Shown one piece after another: positions 1 to 8,837 of a stretch of DNA of 64,000 nt. Every line of letters starts with the position of its first letter. Position 1 is the first letter of the stretch. The notes under the pieces were generated by a model that did not search any database, was not told the DNA's origin, and saw only the letters and a program-made list of their open reading frames with translations. The DNA lies in the NCBI GenBank assembly GCA_016875995.1, contig VGOG01000001.1:7386-71385 (forward strand), written 5' to 3'. A program made the translations under genes and the position numbers. The DNA comes from Chloroflexota bacterium. Lineage in GTDB: Bacteria; Chloroflexota; Anaerolineae; VGOG01.

Positions 1-777
1 GACGCGGCTGATGCCCTGAACCTCGCCTCGCTCATAAGCGCTGAGGACACTCTCTCGACTGGTGTAGAATCTAAATTCGATTTTATTCAGATAGGGCTGG
101 GGGCCATAGAAGAGAGGGTTGGCCTGGAGAAGGGCATGTTTAGCGTTGACCTCCTCCACTTTGAAGAGGCCCGTGCCGATGGGGTGCAGGTTAAACGGAT
201 CGTTGGGCAGCGACTCGGCGGGAACGTCGGCCAGGAGGTGGGCCGGCAGGATGCCGATGGTGGTGTAGTACAGGAATGGAGCGAAGGGCTGCTCGAGGGT
301 GAATCTGACGGTGTGGGAATCCACCTTGACGACCTGCACGCTCCGCCAAAGCTCGGCCAGGTAGGAGGCGCCCCGATAACCGGCATCCTGCATTGCCTGG
401 ACGGTGAACACCACGTCGTCGGCGCTGAAGGGGGCTTCATCGTGCCAAAGCACGTCGTGTCGCAGGTAGAAGACGTAGCTGAGGCAATCGTCGGAGATGT
501 CCCACCTTTCGGCCAGGTCGGGAATAACCTCGCTCCTCTCATTCAACCTGGTCAGGCCATTGAAGATGAGGGAACAAAGATCCCGATCCACCTGGTTATA
601 CTGGCAGAGGATGGGATTTATGTACTGTGGGCTGCCAGCCAGGCCCTCCACGTAGGTCCCGCCCACGGCGGGGACAACGTCCGTAACGAAGGCAAAGGCC
701 AGGTAGGCGAACAAAGAGCCCAGCAAGGCTATCCCCAGAAGGGTTATGACGACCTGCCAGCGGAAATGCTTACTCAA
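1..777 (-). CDS. ABC transporter substrate-binding protein, family 5 (peptide/nickel type), N-terminal part; 3' end runs off the window
   Basis: Manual translation of the minus strand from TTG at 777 (in-frame TGA just upstream). It reads SKHFRWQVVITLLGIALLGSLFAYLAF (membrane anchor), then YVEGLAGSPQYINPIL..NGLTRLNERSEVIPDLAERWDISDDCLSYVFYLRHDVLWHDEAPFSADDVVFTVQAMQD, typical of Dpp/Opp-type solute-binding proteins. The frame stays open to base 1. It is absent from the ORF track because there is no stop in the window. ORFs 136..840(+) and 87..542(-) are shadow frames. Confidence 0.8.
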   Translation of the reverse strand, partial: MSKHFRWQVVITLLGIALLGSLFAYLAFAFVTDVVPAVGGTYVEGLAGSPQYINPILCQYNQVDRDLCSLIFNGLTRLNERSEVIPDLAERWDISDDCLSYVFYLRHDVLWHDEAPFSADDVVFTVQAMQDAGYRGASYLAELWRSVQVVKVDSHTVRFTLEQPFAPFLYYTTIGILPAHLLADVPAESLPNDPFNLHPIGTGLFKVEEVNAKHALLQANPLFYGPQPYLNKIEFRFYTSRESVLSAYERGEVQGISRV

Positions 778-804
778 GCCTCACGCCCCTTCCCTGCCTC
801 GACC

Positions 805-915
805 GTCATTGCGAGGAGCCCTTCGGCAGGCTCAGGGTAAACTCCGCGATGAAGCAATCTCCACGGTGGCTGACAAGCCGAGCGCCGGGGATTGCTTCGC
901 TTCGCTCGCAATGAC
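805..915. repeat. Nested palindromic REP/MITE-like element
   Basis: GTCATTGCGAG (805-815) pairs with CTCGCAATGAC (905-915). Inner GAAGCAATC (851-859) pairs with GATTGCTTC (890-898). It lies between the secG stop and the SBP gene start. Only low-complexity junk ORFs cross it. Confidence 0.6.
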
Positions 916-928
916 ATCATCCGTCTGT

Positions 929-1150
929 TCATCCTGCCAGGATGACGGTGATGGTAGCGAAAACAAAGAAGGCCACGGACAGACCTATGGTCACGTTGAA
1001 GATGGTCTTTTCCACCCCGCGACGGCTTTTGTAAACCGCACCCTGGCCCCCAAAGATACCGCCTAAGCCCGATCCCTTGGTTTGCAGCAAAACAGCCGCC
1101 ACCAGGGCCACGGAGATAATGATCTGGATAACGTATAGGTAGGTGAGCAA
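929..1150 (-). CDS. secG: Preprotein translocase subunit SecG
   Basis: 73 aa, two TM helices flanking the Gly-rich loop LLQTKGSGLGGIFGG, typical of SecG. Confidence 0.85.
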   Translation of the reverse strand: MLTYLYVIQIIISVALVAAVLLQTKGSGLGGIFGGQGAVYKSRRGVEKTIFNVTIGLSVAFFVFATITVILAG

Positions 1151-1209
1151 CTCGTGTTACCTCCACTTAAACTGCCCACATTATACCACGTTATCAAATG
1201 GCGAGCAAA

Positions 1210-1238
1210 TTCACATCTGCGGCGTTTTGTGGTATAAT
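1210..1238 (+). promoter_or_regulatory. Sigma-70-type promoter for tyrS
   Basis: TTCACA (1210-1215), 17-nt spacer, TATAAT (1233-1238), with an upstream TG (extended -10). About 140 nt upstream of the tyrS ATG. Confidence 0.55.
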
Positions 1239-1254
1239 AATGCCAAAGGGATCA

Positions 1255-1348
1255 GAAACCAGGTTTTTGGTTGCTAAGACACTTTTTCGCGTCCCAGGAG
1301 ATCTCAAAAGAACAATCTGCTTGCCCCGACAGGGAAAAACCTGGTTTC
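1255..1348 (+). promoter_or_regulatory. Structured tyrS 5' leader (14-bp long-range helix), class unknown
   Basis: GAAACCAGGTTTTT (1255-1268) is the perfect reverse complement of AAAAACCTGGTTTC (1335-1348) and encloses 66 nt. No T-box GGTGGTACC motif is present. Confidence 0.4.
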
Positions 1349-1376
1349 TCCCCTAAAGCTATCAAGGAGCATAGAC

Positions 1377-2594
1377 ATGAAATCCATCGTTGAACAAATG
1401 GCCATCCTCATGCGCGGCGTGGAGTTCGGCGACGAGCACATCAAGCAGGTAATGGAAAGAGAGTTGCGAGAACGGTTGCAAGAGGCTCAAAACGAAGGTA
1501 GACCGTTGCGCGTCTATTGCGGCTTCGACCCCACCGCGTCTCAGTTGACGTTGGGCCACACGGTGCCCATGCGCAAGCTGCGCCAGTTCCAGGATCTGGG
1601 CCACCAGGTCATCTTCCTCATCGGCAGCTTCACCGCCCTCATTGGCGATCCTAGCGACAAGGATAGCGCTCGCCCTCAGCAGACGCCTGAGGAGGTAGCC
1701 GAGAAATCGAAGGACTATGCCGAGCAGGCCTTCAAGATCCTGGACCGTAACAAGACCGAGGTGCGTTCCAACGCTGATTGGCTGGGCCCGCTGACCTTCG
1801 CCGATCTCATTAGACTGGCCTCGCATTTTACCGTACAGCAATTCCTGGCCCGCGAGAACTTCGCCAAGCGCCACGCCAAAGGGGATCCCATCTGGCTGCA
1901 CGAGTTCTTCTACGCGCTGATGCAGGCTTACGACGCCGTGATGCTGGACACGGATGTGCAGATCGGCGGGACCGAGCAGCTCTTCAACCTGATGGCCGGC
2001 CGCAAACTCCAGGAGTCCCTCGGACATCGGCCCCAGGTCTGCCTGACGCTGCCGATCCTGGTGGGCACCGACGGCCACCAACGCATGGGCCAGAGCCTGG
2101 GCAACTATATCGGCGTAGATGAGCCACCCGAGGAAATGTACGGCAAGGTGATGAGCATCCCTGATCACGCCATGCGCAACTACTTCGACCTCCTTTCCAA
2201 CTTTGAACCGGCCCAGATCGCCGACATCGAGCGGCGGGTAGCTACCGGGGGCCTGCATCCCATGGAGGCCAAGATGATGCTGGCCCGAGACCTCGTCACC
2301 ATCTATCACCATGCCCAGGCCGCAGCCCATGCCGAAGCTCACTTTAAGCGAGTCTTCCAGGAACGGGAATTGCCCAAAGAGATGCCCACTCACAAGCTAG
2401 CGGGACCCCAGAACATCGTGGACTTGCTGGTAGAAGTTGGCCTGGCACCGAGCAAGAGCCAGGCCCGCCGTCTCATCGCCCAGGGCGGGGTGCGGCTGGA
2501 TGGGAACCTGGTGGAGAGCATCGAGGAAACAGTGACGCCAGCTAAAGAGACGATCCTTCAGGTGGGCAAGCGGAGGTTTGTGAGGCTGGTGTAA
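1377..2594 (+). CDS. tyrS: Tyrosine--tRNA ligase
   Basis: 405 aa. Class I signature region CGFDPTASQLTLGHTVPM, KMSKS-like RMGQSLGN, and a C-terminal S4 domain (SKSQARRLIAQGGVRLDG). Confidence 0.9.
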   Translation: MKSIVEQMAILMRGVEFGDEHIKQVMERELRERLQEAQNEGRPLRVYCGFDPTASQLTLGHTVPMRKLRQFQDLGHQVIFLIGSFTALIGDPSDKDSARPQQTPEEVAEKSKDYAEQAFKILDRNKTEVRSNADWLGPLTFADLIRLASHFTVQQFLARENFAKRHAKGDPIWLHEFFYALMQAYDAVMLDTDVQIGGTEQLFNLMAGRKLQESLGHRPQVCLTLPILVGTDGHQRMGQSLGNYIGVDEPPEEMYGKVMSIPDHAMRNYFDLLSNFEPAQIADIERRVATGGLHPMEAKMMLARDLVTIYHHAQAAAHAEAHFKRVFQERELPKEMPTHKLAGPQNIVDLLVEVGLAPSKSQARRLIAQGGVRLDGNLVESIEETVTPAKETILQVGKRRFVRLV

Positions 2595-2596
2595 AA

Positions 2597-2683
2597 GGGA
2601 CAAGGGACTAGGGACAAGGGACTAGGGACAAGGGACTAGGGGCTAGGCCCACCTGATCCCTTGTCCCTTGTCCCTAGCCCTAG
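2597..2683. repeat. Palindromic heptamer array (GGGACAA/GGGACTA units followed by inverted copies)
   Basis: Three direct GGGACAAGGGACTAG units are followed by inverted CCCTTGTCCCTTGTCCCTAGCCCTAG, giving a long hairpin between convergent tyrS and the Mo-enzyme gene. The last ~16 codons of that ORF (..[16 protein letters not shown]) are read from the repeat. Confidence 0.85.
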
Positions 2684-5521
2684 AATCTTCTTCGGCGTGG
2701 CCGGCAGGCTGTAGATGCGTACGCCGGTGGCGTTGTAGATGGCGTTGACGATGGCTGGTGCCGTAGGAATGGAAGGGATCTCGCCTATCCCCTTGGCTCC
2801 GTAGGGCCCTTCGGGTGCTCTATCCTCCACGATGATGGGCACGATCTGCGGGGTGCGCTCGATGGAGGGGATCCTGTACCTGGCCAGAGAGGTGGTCTTG
2901 GGGATGCCTTCCTCCATGACAAACTCCTCCTGCAAGGCGATGCCGATCCCCATCACCACCCCGCCCTCGATCTGGCCGGCCACCGCCAGGGGATTCAGCG
3001 CCCTCCCCACATCGTGGGCGGCGATGACCTTGAGCACCTCCACCTGGCCGGTGTTGGTGTCCACTTCCACCAGAGCGGCCTGGGTGGCATAACCGAAGGC
3101 AAAGTGCATGTCGCCCACTTCACCCAAAGGCACGGTCTTGGGAGGCTGGTAAACGACCGAGGCCCGCACCTCGCGCCCCTCCCCCTTGGCCAGGGCAACG
3201 GCCTGGGCTAAAGAGATGGATTCCTTCCCTCCGTTTGCTGCAGAGGGGCGTCCCCATCCCGTTTTGTAGCAAAAAGCGTGAACGCGCCCATTCTTGAAAA
3301 CCAAACGATCAGGCGGAGCACCCAATTCCTCGGAGGCGGCCTGAGCCACCGCCTCCCTCACTCTCTGAGCCGCCAGGCGGACGGCGTTGCCGGTGATGAA
3401 GCTCTGGCGCGAGGCGGTGGTGGCGCCACCGTCGAGGGTCTGATCCGTATCGGCGACCAGCACCTCTACCCAATCGTAGGGCAGCCCCAACTCCTCGGCC
3501 GCCACCAGGGCCAATACCCCCACCAGCCCCTGCCCCACCTCCGCCGCACCTGCTCGCACGATGGCCCGCCCATCACCAGTAAGCTCCACCTCGGCCCCGG
3601 CACAGTCTGGCGCCCCACCGCCCAGGCCGACGTTTTTGTAAGCGCAAGCCACACCCCAAGCCATTCGATTTTCGATTTTCGATCCTTCGGCTTCGCTCAG
3701 GACAGGTTTTCGATTTTCGATTGTTGACGTTTCACGTTTCACGTTTGACGTTTCACGTTTCACGTTTGACGTTTCACGTTTCACGTTTGACGTTATTTCC
3801 TTTTCCACCCTATCAATCGTCTCCAACAGCCCCACGCTCTCCCTGAGCACCTGGCCCGTCGCAGTGGTGGATCCTACCCGCAGGGCGTTTTTGCGCCGTA
3901 TGTCGAAGGGCGAGAGGCCGAGTTCCTCCGCCAGGATGTCCATCTGGCTCTCCATGGCGAAGGCCGCCTGGGGCACCCCGAAGCCGCGGAAGGCCCCGGC
4001 GGGGACGTTGTTGGTGTAGGCGGCGTAGCAGTCCACCTTGACGTTGGGCACATCGTATGGCCCGGCGGCGTGGGTGGCGGTGCGGGTCATCACGTGCTCG
4101 CTCAGACTGGCGTAGGCCCCGGCGTCGCCGTAGATCTCGGCCTGGACAGCGGTGAGCCGGCCATCCCTGGTTGCTCCAGTTTTCAGGCGGATGGTGGTGG
4201 CGTGGCGCTTGGGGTGGACGAACAGCGATTCCTGGCGGGTGAAGACCAGCTTCACCGGACGGCCAGTGGCCTGGGCCAGCAGGGCCAGGTGAATCTGCAC
4301 CGAGATGTCCTCTTTACCCCCGAAGGCCCCACCCACCTGGGTAGCTTTCACCCGCACCTTCTCCTCAGGGATGGCCAGGCTGGCTGCGATCTGGCGGCGG
4401 TCGTCGAAGGGGATCTGAGAACCTACGTAGACGGTGATCCTCCCCTCCACATCCACCGCAGCCACTCCCGCTTCGGGTTCCAGAAAGGCGTGATCCAGGC
4501 TGGGTGTGTGATACTCCCTCTCCACGATGACATCGGCTTCAGCGAAGCCCTTCTCCGCATCCCCCTTGCGCACCTGGATGTGCTTGAGGAGGTTGCCGCC
4601 GTCGTGGACCAGGGGAGCGTCGGGGGCCAGTGCCTGTTGGGGGGAAGTCACCACCGGCAGGGGCTCGTACTCCACCTGGATGAGCTCCAGGGCCTGCTCG
4701 GCGATCTCAGCGGTCTCGGCGGCGACCAGGGCGATGGCGTCGCCCACGTAGCGCACCTTGTCGTAGGCCAGCACCGGCCAATCGGGGCGAACCAGGCCGT
4801 GGTTCTTAGCGCCGGGAACATCTTCGGCGGTGAGGACAGCAACCACGCCGGGCAGGGCCTTGGCTCTGCTGGCGTCCACCTGCAGGGGGCGGGCGTGGGG
4901 ATACTTGCTGCGCAATACCCTGGCGTGTAGCATCCCCTCGAAGTAGAGGTCAGCAGCAAAGGTCGCCTGGCCCGTGACCTTGGCTCTGGCGTCGGGGCGA
5001 GGAACTGGACGCCCAACCGCGGTCAGAGGGCTCTCTGCCGTGGGGATCTGCGGTGGCGTGCCCTCCGCCGCTCCCCGAATGGCCTGGATGATTCGGGTAT
5101 AGCCAGTGCAGCGGCAGAGGTTGCATTGGAGCGCGTCTTTGATCTCCTCGTCGGTGGGCTGGGGATTAGCATCGAGCAGGGCTTTGGCGGCCATGATCAT
5201 CCCTGGGGTGCAGAAGCCGCACTGCACCGCCCCGTGCTCGATGAAAGCCCTCTGCAACGGATGCAACTCGCCGTTCTCAGCCAGCCCCTCGATGGTCTCC
5301 ACACGCACTCCATCGGCGCGGCTGGCCTTGTAGATGCAGGAGCGCACCGCCTTGCCATCCACGATCACCGTGCACGCCCCGCAGTGCCCCTGGCCGCAGC
5401 CATTCTTGGTCCCCGTGAGATGCAGCTCGTCCCGCAGCACCTCCAGCAGGGTGGTCCTGGGCCCGATCTCGACTTGATGGGCAGAGCTATTGACGTACAG
5501 GGAAATCGTTCGTTTTCTCAT
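2636..5521 (-). CDS. Xanthine dehydrogenase-family molybdoenzyme with fused N-terminal [2Fe-2S] domains (aldehyde oxidoreductase/MOP-like architecture)
   Basis: 961 aa. The N-terminus [12 protein letters not shown] ... [10 protein letters not shown] ... CRCTGY gives the two 2Fe-2S clusters. The rest is the molybdopterin-binding large-subunit fold ([28 protein letters not shown]). No FAD domain is present. It carries an in-frame repeat insertion. Confidence 0.85.
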   Translation of the reverse strand: MRKRTISLYVNSSAHQVEIGPRTTLLEVLRDELHLTGTKNGCGQGHCGACTVIVDGKAVRSCIYKASRADGVRVETIEGLAENGELHPLQRAFIEHGAVQCGFCTPGMIMAAKALLDANPQPTDEEIKDALQCNLCRCTGYTRIIQAIRGAAEGTPPQIPTAESPLTAVGRPVPRPDARAKVTGQATFAADLYFEGMLHARVLRSKYPHARPLQVDASRAKALPGVVAVLTAEDVPGAKNHGLVRPDWPVLAYDKVRYVGDAIALVAAETAEIAEQALELIQVEYEPLPVVTSPQQALAPDAPLVHDGGNLLKHIQVRKGDAEKGFAEADVIVEREYHTPSLDHAFLEPEAGVAAVDVEGRITVYVGSQIPFDDRRQIAASLAIPEEKVRVKATQVGGAFGGKEDISVQIHLALLAQATGRPVKLVFTRQESLFVHPKRHATTIRLKTGATRDGRLTAVQAEIYGDAGAYASLSEHVMTRTATHAAGPYDVPNVKVDCYAAYTNNVPAGAFRGFGVPQAAFAMESQMDILAEELGLSPFDIRRKNALRVGSTTATGQVLRESVGLLETIDRVEKEITSNVKRETSNVKRETSNVKRETSTIENRKPVLSEAEGSKIENRMAWGVACAYKNVGLGGGAPDCAGAEVELTGDGRAIVRAGAAEVGQGLVGVLALVAAEELGLPYDWVEVLVADTDQTLDGGATTASRQSFITGNAVRLAAQRVREAVAQAASEELGAPPDRLVFKNGRVHAFCYKTGWGRPSAANGGKESISLAQAVALAKGEGREVRASVVYQPPKTVPLGEVGDMHFAFGYATQAALVEVDTNTGQVEVLKVIAAHDVGRALNPLAVAGQIEGGVVMGIGIALQEEFVMEEGIPKTTSLARYRIPSIERTPQIVPIIVEDRAPEGPYGAKGIGEIPSIPTAPAIVNAIYNATGVRIYSLPATPKKILGLGTRDKGSGGPSP
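3664..3794. repeat. Composite tandem-repeat block inside the Mo-enzyme CDS
   Basis: TTCGATT x2, core CCTTCGGCTTCGCTCAGGACAGG, TTTTCGA x2, then CGTTTCA/CGTTTGA heptamers x9. On the minus strand it translates in-frame as [43 protein letters not shown]. Confidence 0.9.
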
Positions 5522-5555
5522 ACATCAATACCTTTAGCTTACCCTGACAGAAATC

Positions 5556-5583
5556 GGGCGACCTCCCTGTAGGGAGGTCGCCC
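5556..5583 (-). terminator. Hairpin terminator downstream of the dodecin gene
   Basis: GGGCGACCTCCC-TGTA-GGGAGGTCGCCC, a perfect 12-bp stem, followed on the minus strand by GATTTCTGT. Confidence 0.55.
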
Positions 5584-5597
5584 GCATGGGATCCGGC

Positions 5598-5816
5598 TCA
5601 GTCCTTCTCAGTCTGGTATTTGAAGGAAAGTTTCACCTTGGCGCGGTAGGCAAGAACCTTGCCGTCGTCGAGCTGCATGTCCAGCTCGACGACCTCGGCG
5701 ATGCGGAGATCCCGCAAAGTCCTCGCCGCCGTCTCCACGGCAGCCGCAGCCGCCTTCTCCCATGACTCAGTGCTGGTCCCAACCAACTCGATGATCTTGT
5801 AGACACTCTCCGACAT
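5598..5816 (-). CDS. Dodecin-family flavin-binding protein
   Basis: 72 aa. SVYKIIELVGTSTESWEKAAAAAVETAARTLRDLRIAEVVELD is the conserved dodecin pattern. Confidence 0.8.
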   Translation of the reverse strand: MSESVYKIIELVGTSTESWEKAAAAAVETAARTLRDLRIAEVVELDMQLDDGKVLAYRAKVKLSFKYQTEKD

Positions 5817-5857
5817 ATCCGTCTCCTTTCTTTTTGCTACTCGTGCTAAAACGCTCC

Positions 5858-6472
5858 TCAGTGTTCAATAATCACCTCCACTTCACAGGGCCTGGGGTAG
5901 TTCCCCGTTTTGTCCACCACCACCAGGCGGAATTTGTAAGCCCCGGCGGGAAGGGCAGAGGTGCCCCAAACGCCCAAGACCCCGTCAACTACCGTGCTAT
6001 CGAAGCGCTGCACGAACGACCACTCGGCTGCCCCTTCGTGGCGAAACTCGAACTTGTAGTAGTCAAAATCGTCAATGTACGCTGAGCCCCTGATTTCGAC
6101 CACACCTTTCAGAACGGCGTTCACCGTAGGATAGGTGAGCCTGGCTAGAGGATTGGGACAATCAGGCAGCAGGACAACGGGTTCGGGCGTCAGAGCGGAA
6201 GTAACCACGGGTGTCTCCGTGGGACCAGGAGTAGGCGTGTCCAGAGCTGGTGTCTCAGTAGGAGAAAGCGTGGGGGAGAGTGGAGTATAAGGTGGAGTAT
6301 AAGTTGGATAAGGCGTGTACGTAGGATAAGGCGTATACGTAGGCAGAGGTGGCTGGGTCACGAGCACCGTCACTTCAGTGGGCACCGGGACCTCGATGAA
6401 CTCCGGCGTCGGCAGAAGCCGACAACCAGTCAGCAGGGTCACGAGAACTACGAGTAACGCGGTTTTCTTCAT
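5858..6472 (-). CDS. Lipoprotein with a Pro/Thr/Tyr-rich linker, function unknown
   Basis: MKKTALLVVLVTLLTGC lipobox, YTPYPTYTPYPTYTPPYTP linker, and a beta-rich C-terminal domain. Confidence 0.65.
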   Translation of the reverse strand: MKKTALLVVLVTLLTGCRLLPTPEFIEVPVPTEVTVLVTQPPLPTYTPYPTYTPYPTYTPPYTPLSPTLSPTETPALDTPTPGPTETPVVTSALTPEPVVLLPDCPNPLARLTYPTVNAVLKGVVEIRGSAYIDDFDYYKFEFRHEGAAEWSFVQRFDSTVVDGVLGVWGTSALPAGAYKFRLVVVDKTGNYPRPCEVEVIIEH

Positions 6473-6580
6473 TCGTGTGCGTTCCTCCTTGCTAAGATGT
6501 GATGGGTGAAGTGGTTCAAGGCAACCTTATTCTACTGCAAAAGTCGGTTTTTGTCTAGAGATGCAAGTCAACGCTTAAAC

Positions 6581-6613
6581 GAAAAAGGCGGCACCACTAT
6601 GTGCGGTGCCGCC
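6581..6613 (-). terminator. Rho-independent terminator after tRNA-Arg
   Basis: Minus strand GGCGGCACC-GCACATAGT-GGTGCCGCC followed by TTTTTCGTTT, starting 6 nt after the tRNA 3' end. Confidence 0.7.
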
Positions 6614-6618
6614 GCAGG

Positions 6619-6968
<350 letters not shown>

Positions 6969-7001
6969 GTATTCTCATTTTAATCCAAGCTGGAGAGATT
7001 G

Positions 7002-7442
7002 TCAAACTCCCCAGCCCTCCAACAACTTCTCCAGCTCTCCCTCGGCCACGAAAGATTCAAAGGCCTCCAGGGACGGGAAGACCCGCGTCGAAAGGAACTT
7101 GACCACCCAGTTCTCCGCCAGGGGCGAAATGGTGAGGACCGGCTTGCCGGCGCGGTAGGCCTGCCACATCTCGACGGCGGTGCCCATGCTGGCCTCAGGG
7201 AGATAAGCGATGAGCACGTCGGCCTGCGCAGCCTCTTCGGCCAGTTCCAGCAGGGCCCTCCTGGCCTCCTCGGGCCCGTAACTCAGGCCAGCATCCGGGT
7301 GCAGCTCCAGGGGGTCAATGATCTCAGCCTCAGTGAAGCGGGCCTTGATGGCCATCCTGATAGCCACGCGATAATTTTGGTCATGAATGCCTACATCGGC
7401 GCGGGAACCCTGCATGATGCCAGAGATGAAGAATCGCAACAC
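7002..7442 (-). CDS. Nucleoside 2-deoxyribosyltransferase-like fold protein
   Basis: 146 aa. GTG start immediately after the ThiF-like TAG. RFFISGIMQG and ADVLIAYLPEASMGTAVEMWQAYRAGKPVLTI match the NDT/Rcl pattern (Rossmann-like start, GTxxE, GKPV). Confidence 0.55.
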   Translation of the reverse strand: MLRFFISGIMQGSRADVGIHDQNYRVAIRMAIKARFTEAEIIDPLELHPDAGLSYGPEEARRALLELAEEAAQADVLIAYLPEASMGTAVEMWQAYRAGKPVLTISPLAENWVVKFLSTRVFPSLEAFESFVAEGELEKLLEGWGV

Positions 7443-8297
7443 CTAGCTCCCGATCTCCAGGAATTCAAACGTGCCTGCCTCGGCATCCAGAAAAAGCATC
7501 TTGTATCGCAGGAGCTGACCCCGACCCAAGAGGATCTTTAGCACTTCCTGCACTTGCCAGGCTGCGACCATCATGGGCGTAGCAGCGGGACAACCCAACT
7601 GGACCTCTATGCCCTGCTGGGGTACACTGCCCCCACCGTAGAGAGCCCGCAACCCCTCATCGCCGGGAAAAATGGTCATCACCTGACCCACGTAGCCGCC
7701 GATGGCTCCGTGCACCATGGGAATGCCGATCTTCTGAGCCACCTCCTGCAACATGAGGCGGCTGGGCAAACGATCGAGGGCATCCACGACCACCTCGGCC
7801 CCCTCCAACAAGCGAGGCAAGTTCTCCCTGGTGGCCTCATCAGGATGGGCAATGACCTCCACCGCGGCATTCACCTGAGCAACCCTGGCACGGGCCACTT
7901 CGGCTTTCAAAAGGCCCACATCACCCTCAGAACACAGGACCTGTCGGTTGAGATTGTGGTCTACGAACACATCGAAGTCCACGAGGATCAGCCGGCCCAC
8001 CCCCATCCGGGCCAGCCCCTCGACCACGTTTCCCCCCAACCCACCCAGGCCCACCACTGCCACCGTGGAGCGCAGCAGCTTAATTTGCCCTTCCCACCCT
8101 ACTGTGCCCAGGCTACGCAAATAGCGCCGTGGCAACACGCGAGCCTCCAGGGCCGTTAACTCCACCTCCCTGGACAAAACACCGAACTCCCCAGCCAGGG
8201 CCCGAACCCGGTCCAGGGCAATGACTTCGAGGCCTTCTGTGGCTTCGGCCGACTCCCGAATTCGCGCCAGCAACGAGGGGTCCACGTTTAACCTCAC
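7443..8297 (-). CDS. ThiF/HesA/MoeB-family E1-like adenylyltransferase
   Basis: VAVVGLGGLGGNVVEGLARMGVGRLILVDFDVFVDHNLNRQ nucleotide-binding motif. Start reset to the GTG overlapping the upstream TGA (GTGA), because ORF 7443..8513 overlaps gene 8294..8716. Confidence 0.8.
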   Translation of the reverse strand: MRLNVDPSLLARIRESAEATEGLEVIALDRVRALAGEFGVLSREVELTALEARVLPRRYLRSLGTVGWEGQIKLLRSTVAVVGLGGLGGNVVEGLARMGVGRLILVDFDVFVDHNLNRQVLCSEGDVGLLKAEVARARVAQVNAAVEVIAHPDEATRENLPRLLEGAEVVVDALDRLPSRLMLQEVAQKIGIPMVHGAIGGYVGQVMTIFPGDEGLRALYGGGSVPQQGIEVQLGCPAATPMMVAAWQVQEVLKILLGRGQLLRYKMLFLDAEAGTFEFLEIGS

Positions 8298-8716
8298 TTC
8301 AGCACAGGCCTGATGCCCTTGTAAATCTTGCGGCCGCCCAGGGTACGCAGGATAGTCTCCGGCGCATATCTGCCCAGGATTTCGCGGAGCTCGATGGTGG
8401 ATAGTGGCGTGTTGCCATTCGCCAGAAAGAGACGAAACACTGCGTCCGTCAAGGGAGTGTTTTCGGTGATAAAATCTGACCTTTGACTGCAGTGAGTGCG
8501 CAAGGATTGCCAAAGAGCATCCACCTGGGTCACCTCGGCCGTGTCGGGGTCAATCCAATCAACCTCCTTGCTTCCACGGTGGTTGGTGTATATCGCCTTG
8601 CAATCAGGGCACAGATGGCTCTGCAGGTAGACGCGCAGGTCGCGCCCTTCTCTCTCCCACCAATCGAAGTCAATGTGAAACTTGGTTTCCAGATCTGGTT
8701 TGATCCACCTGACCAT
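8294..8716 (-). CDS. Hypothetical protein (140 aa)
   Basis: Clean ORF, non-repetitive composition, translationally coupled to the ThiF-like gene. Contains CPDC. No family recognised. Confidence 0.6.
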   Translation of the reverse strand: MVRWIKPDLETKFHIDFDWWEREGRDLRVYLQSHLCPDCKAIYTNHRGSKEVDWIDPDTAEVTQVDALWQSLRTHCSQRSDFITENTPLTDAVFRLFLANGNTPLSTIELREILGRYAPETILRTLGGRKIYKGIRPVLK

Positions 8717-8738
8717 AGCTTAGACCTATTTCTAAGCT

Positions 8739-8829
8739 CAGTAGATCCAAATTCTGAGCAGAGCGGGCTCCCACGCCCGCAGACCGGCGGCATGGGAGCC
8801 GCTCCTGCTGAAAGTCTTAGATCTACTGA
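8739..8829. other. Extended intergenic hairpin inside the operon
   Basis: TCAGTAGATC (8739-8748) pairs with GATCTACTGA (8820-8829). GAGCGGGCTCCCA (8761-8773) pairs with TGGGAGCCGCTC (8793-8804). Confidence 0.5.
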
Positions 8830-8837
8830 ACCTTGAG

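Noticed and set aside
1239-1376. tyrS leader as a T-box riboswitch
   Set aside because: It is too short (about 130 nt) and lacks the AGAGA/GGTGNRA Stem I elements and the GGGTGGTACCGCG box, all of which are plainly visible in the ileS leader.
1362-2393. Long antisense ORFs opposite clear genes (e.g. 1362..2393-, 4070..4930+, 7554..8159+, 24339..25073+, 36704..37369+, 37740..38681+, 41334..42749+, 45399..46019-, 46107..46979-, 53285..54193-, 54869..55588-, 61919..62860-)
   Set aside because: These are typical GC-rich shadow frames with Gly/Val/Gln/His/Arg-biased, motif-free translations. Each fully overlaps a gene with strong family signatures on the other strand.
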